Source: Bugula neritina
Taxonomy: Eukaryota > Animalia > Bryozoa
Reading direction: 5' to 3'
DNA: 28,621 nt
Assembly (NCBI GenBank): GCA_964035545.1
Contig: CAXIUT010000282.1
Span: 1 to 28,621, forward strand
Below are positions 23,949 through 28,621 of the stretch, piece by piece. Below the pieces are notes generated by a model. The model was given only the letters and a program-made list of their open reading frames with translations, was not told the DNA's origin and searched no databases. Made by a program: the position numbers and the translations under genes. Positions within the stretch are counted from its first letter, which is position 1. The number at the start of each line of letters is the position of its first letter.

Positions 23949-24005
23949 TTATAAGATAAATAATATCTATTTTTTTAATTATCATTTTTTTAGATCAACA
24001 ATAGA
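23949..24005. promoter_or_regulatory. 57-nt divergent intergenic region between the alveolin-like gene and DLEC1
   Basis: Between ATG 23948 (-) and ATG 24006 (+). Confidence 0.45.
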
Positions 24006-27000
24006 ATGAGTAATCCTATTTTAAATTAATTCAAAGAATGTTTTTTGGAAAGATATAGTTTAATATAGTTTTTAAGAAGTTTGTAACTTCCAATTTATAA
24101 CATATACAAATGTTAAACTAAACTAAAAAAGGGTCTTTAATGAGAAAATCAGCCAAACTACCCAAACTCAACATCCAACAACAAGTCGATAATCAAGAAA
24201 TAGCATAAAGAATGAACAGAAAAATAAATTTCTCTAAAAATCCCAGACATCTCAATCAAACTCTCAGCTATGGCTAGGCTGTCAGCACCTAACAAATACA
24301 AAACAAATTCAAAATAGAACCCGAACAACTCTTCTTCAATGACTACGATACCCAACATGTCTACGAATCATAAGTAAAACTGATAAACAATAGTCGATAC
24401 ATCCAAAGAATCAAAATAACCCCTCTAAAACAAAAATAATTCGCTATCAGTCATATCAAATATCCTAACTAAAATTCAGGAGATATCGCACCTGGCATGT
24501 GCGTATCAGTATCGATAAGATTCCGTCCTCCCACTCTTAACGACTACCACGAATAGCTAATGATAATAGCAACCGATGGAGTCATCAAAGTGCCCATAAC
24601 TGCACAGAGATAAAGATGTCAGATAGGATGGCCTAAATATATATAATGTGGGCATTGTTGGGTCGGTGATGTTATTAAAAAATAAATCTTGTTGAAAAAT
24701 GCAGGTGGTGATGCTGTTTTTACTTTAGTTGGATCATAATCAAATAGTAATGTCTTTAATAGTGGGTATTTTAAAATTAGTCCCACTAAACTCAACTTTG
24801 CTAGAAATACTAATCAGAAAATGGAAATATAATTTTTGCCTTAGAAAAAAGGAGTATTTAAACAAAGTATTAAATACAAAACATAAGAAGGAGATCAAGA
24901 ATAAGTGTAAATAGTTCTTGAAGGAGGTGCCTATAATGCACAAATTGTATTATAAGAACTAAATAATGAGAAAATGCTTGAACAGAGAGTCAATAATAAA
25001 CTTTATATATAAAATAGTGAACTAGGTAGATAGGTAAGTTCTACAGTCAAAATAAGAAATCTAGCTGTTGTACAAGTAGACTACTTCTGGAACTTTCCTT
25101 CTGCTAAAATATCTGTAGACAAAAAACAAGGTAAAATGAAACCTAGTGAACTGCTATAATTCAAAATAACAATGACTCCTTGTCAAATTACACCTTAAAA
25201 CATATAACTCTAACTTTATCTTTACAATTTGCCTTAAGAATCTCTAACAGGCAATGTTGTAGCAAAAAATATCGATGGAAAAGAAGCTATTCAATGTCTT
25301 AATGTCTAAGTAATTACTAAACCAATTAAATCTAATTTATAAGTTTTTCCTCTTCATAGAAAAATAATACAACCTCTCTACTAAAACTACTCTATCAATT
25401 AACATGTCACAATAGTCAACAATTCATCAGTGGGCCGTCAATTCAAAATATAAAAAATATTTGAAGATTAAAATTTAGTTACTAGTTGTTCATAAATTTA
25501 AGGTCTTATTGAAGCTAATTCTCAAAAGAACATTGAAGTTTCTTTTAATTTATAAAAGCTAACAAAAAGTACAAAACAAGTGCACTATTTGGTATCATTC
25601 GACAACAGTGATTCTCAAATTTTTAGTCTAGAAGGAAAGTCAACTTACCCTGAAGTGATATTTAGCGATTAAATGCTTTATTACGGACTATGTAAAACAT
25701 ACACAATGAATAAAAAGCAACTCCTTCTAAAAAACATGCAAAAAACTCCAATATAAATCAAAATAACAAACCAACACAGATTTCATATCCTAGATTACTA
25801 TGATTTCTACTAATTCGAAGATTAAAGCTGCTACAAAAGAAAGTTCAATATCTATAATTCAACTACAGGTCAATAACTGTTCTAATCTTTTGTGATACCT
25901 CCATAAAGTTAACTTATTCTAGATTGCTACATAAACGTCATGGATTAATAATCGATTGAACTAGATGTTTAGTTTTCAATAAAAAATGGCAAAAACATAA
26001 AAATAAATATTTTAGCATAAGTACAAGATGTTAGCATGTCAATCAGTCGATAAAAGATCAATATGCGATAGATATACAAAGGAAATATCTATAATTCTAA
26101 CAAATTTTTAAATAAACAACTTTAAATAAAAAATGACTGCAATCATGATTGTGGATATTAGATTTTGTAGCCACAATTATAACAATGTGATATAAAGATA
26201 TCTCCTTTGAAAGGGATCATTAAAAAACAGTCAACTCAAAGAATTGATCTTCTTTTATAACCTATTAAAACTGGGTAGTTTAATTTTGATATAAAATGGA
26301 AATATTTTGATGATTTTAAAGCCAATTAAGATCTTTATCCTTAAATAGAAGGAATTAAATTTAACAAACAAGATGGAATCAAATCATTAGTCAAATAAAA
26401 GAATTTATAAATAGTAGGAACTATCAAAGGAATGGCTATGAACTATTATATAAAAGATGAAAGTCGTGCAAAAAAGATCAAAGTTAAGGTTGAGGATACT
26501 TCTCAAAGTATAAAGTTATCAACTTCAAATGCTTCCTTTCAAATGGGTTCAGTAAAAAGTTCAGCTAAACTCCACTAAAACTAGAAACTAGTATATCCAA
26601 TTCTTTAATAACTAAACTTCTATAACTGTGAAATAAATAAAGTAAAACAGATATAAATACTAATTTAAAATGATTCAGGTCTAACAACTGAATATTAGAT
26701 AAAGGCTTAACATTTTCATACTATGGAACGTCCTAAAACTTAAAAAAAGAATAATAAAGGATTAGTTAAAGTTGAATAAGAACCATTTAGTTCAAAAATG
26801 GGTAAATAATTTATAAAAAATAGAGTTCTAGATATCTCACAAAAAGTCCATTTAGGCAATAACAAAGGCATAAGCATTCTTTGCTAACCATCATCTGGAA
26901 TTCTTCATAAAAAACAAACCCAAAAAATAGTTATAACAATGTTCAACGATACAAGCGGCAGATTCAAAGATAACTTATTAATCGATGTAAAAAATCACTA

Positions 27001-28493
27001 AATAAAAAAAATACCCATGAATTTAGATATTAGAGGAGCACCTGTAGCTCTATCAAGAAATCAACTAGGAATAGATTTTGGACAAGAAATACCAATGATG
27101 AATTTAGGAACAGTTTTACATTCAAACGGTCTAGTAAAAAAGAATATCAAGGTTATTAATAATGGATTGAAATAAGTTTAAATTAAATGGTTGATATATC
27201 CATATAATAAAGTCTAACAAGATAAAAATATATTTGATATTCAGTTTTAAGAAGCACCACCAGGTAGTGGAAATCTAGTCGAGTTAAATTGGAAAGCGCT
27301 TAAACCATAAATTGATAAAAATTCTTATTTTAGTATCTAGCCAAGGTATAATATTATTAATTTAGATAGAGAAAGATAAAAGGTAGAGAAGAGGTCACTT
27401 TTACTCTTCTAATTCAATAAATAAAAGAAGTAGGTATCTTCAATAACCTTTTAATTTGCTAACCTTGTCTTGTCTAAGGAACAAAACGATCAGAAATGTA
27501 GAGTTTAGCTGTTGTAGCAAAAATAGAAGCTATATAACCTTTTTTAACATCAGAAGTTGAGGTATTATTATTTCTATTAAGCAAAATAACAAACTAAACC
27601 TTTTAGAAAGATATGCCAACCAATATGAAGAATATTAAACTGCAGCTAATTATCATTAGAGAATTATTAAACTTAAAAACAACCTGAACACCAATCTTAC
27701 TTTTGTCATTCACATCCAAAATCAAAAAGAATCATATTAATACTTCAAAATAGTAGAAACAAAAACTAATTCTCCAGCCACGCCTTTTAACTAAGGCAAA
27801 AACATCCAAAAATCTTTTGTTATCACTGGCGATTCTATTCTCTTAACTAAAATATAATTCCAAGCGAATCCAAGTAATTTGAAACATTGGCCTTTATAAT
27901 AAAAAATAAAGAAAGAAGCCTAACTGATTCTATCATATTCAAATGGAATAAAACAAAGTGTCAAGATAGTCGGTTGGCTCTATCGACCTTGGATACAAAT
28001 TCAAATGCCAAATACCAACTTGCATTCCACATAGAATTGTTAAATAGATTTTGGTACTGTTCATATCAAAAATTCTAAAAAATAGACTGTCTACCTGATA
28101 AACCCAACAAAAGTCGATGCAAAATGGACCATCTCATACATCAAATACAACCAATCCCTCAAATACAAATTTTAACCATCTGTTTAGAACAAAGTCGACG
28201 ATGAAGATCAAACAAGTCAAGATGAGAAGAAATGTTGGAGGTTGAGTAAAGATAGTGGAATAGTTAAAAATAAAACAATTCCAGTGCACTACATTCCGAC
28301 TACTTTGGCCCTTCCAGGACAAAATGATAAATATGCATAGACTCATAAACCTGTTCAACTTCAAATCATGTTCAAACCTTAGGCAAACGTATTATATAAA
28401 AGCAAATTTAGAATGGTTGTTAGCTAAGGTCAAACTTTTGATATTGTGGTCAAAGGAAGAGGAACTTTCGAAGAATAACTAGAGCAAAAATGA
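24006..28493 (+). CDS. DLEC1: DLEC1/CFAP81 ciliary central-apparatus protein (tandem ASH/PapD-like domains); introns 27346-27365, 27562-27581 and tentatively 24040-24058 (alternative start 24038)
   Basis: KINFSKNPRH, FKIEPEQLFFNDYD..YESEVKLIN, GDIAPGMCVSVSIRFRPPTLNDY, CGHCWVGD..KNAGG, AEVQ, DFGTVH..YLINPT..AKW, and C-terminal FKP..YKSKFR..KGRGTFEE. Confidence 0.85.
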
Positions 28494-28528
28494 TTGTTAT
28501 GCATCATCATATTTGATATTAATATATC

Positions 28529-28621
28529 GGGGTTGGGGTTGGGGTTGGGGTTGGGGTTGGGGTTGGGGTTGGGGTTGGGGTTGGGGTTGGGGTTGGGGTT
28601 GGGGTTGGGGTTGGGGTTGGG
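28529..28621 (+). repeat. Terminal telomere (GGGGTT)~15.5, right chromosome end
   Basis: Perfect G4T2 array to the end of the window, beginning 35 nt after the DLEC1 stop. Confidence 0.99.

Noticed and set aside
24135-24143. Possible third frameshift in DLEC1 (CTT TAA TGA overlapping ATG 24140)
   Set aside because: A 19-nt GT-AG intron at 24040-24058 or a start at ATG 24038 explains the frame without recoding.
100-28364. The supplied standard-code ORFs, e.g. hydrophobic 1480-2025, 14130-14513, 21480-22163, 22565-23005
   Set aside because: Most are antisense or off-frame shadows of K/E-rich genes under UAR=Glu. Only 6112-6327 (acylase) and 10601-10789 (TM2 of the receptor) are in-frame fragments of real genes.
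1-28621. UAR=Gln (table 6), split UAA/UAG meanings, or TGA as Trp/Cys
   Set aside because: Both codons sit at invariant Glu sites. Conserved Trp and Cys use TGG and TGY, and genes end at TGA.

Overview
Eukaryotic, AT-rich and extremely gene-dense DNA from a ciliate macronuclear chromosome, ending in a right-hand (GGGGTT)n telomere. The supplied standard-code ORF track is misleading. TAA and TAG both fall at invariant glutamate positions (kinase HRDLKP-E-N, APE-type SP-E, EF-hand position 12, PARP APP-E-AP, alveolin EKIVEVP), and TGA is the only stop. This is the UAR=Glu peritrich-type code (NCBI table 30). Read this way, the window holds 13 genes: PARP (WGR + regulatory + catalytic), a small secreted EF-hand protein, a CDPK, a COG2-like protein, a penicillin-acylase-family Ntn hydrolase, a CFAP97-like protein, a 2-TM Cache-like receptor, a pseudokinase-MORN protein, a coiled-coil protein, a small hypothetical protein, cytosolic LeuRS, a giant alveolin-like protein and DLEC1. 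Introns are 19-22 nt and intergenic gaps are mostly 30-180 nt. Three internal (CCCCAA)n tracts all point the same way. The first is exactly 54 nt, in frame, and occupies the place of the 18-residue WGR core of PARP. This suggests nested alternative telomere-addition sites, including inside genes, superimposed on the consensus. Two genes carry a -1 frameshift directly at a TGA. All translations were done by hand and no database searches were run.
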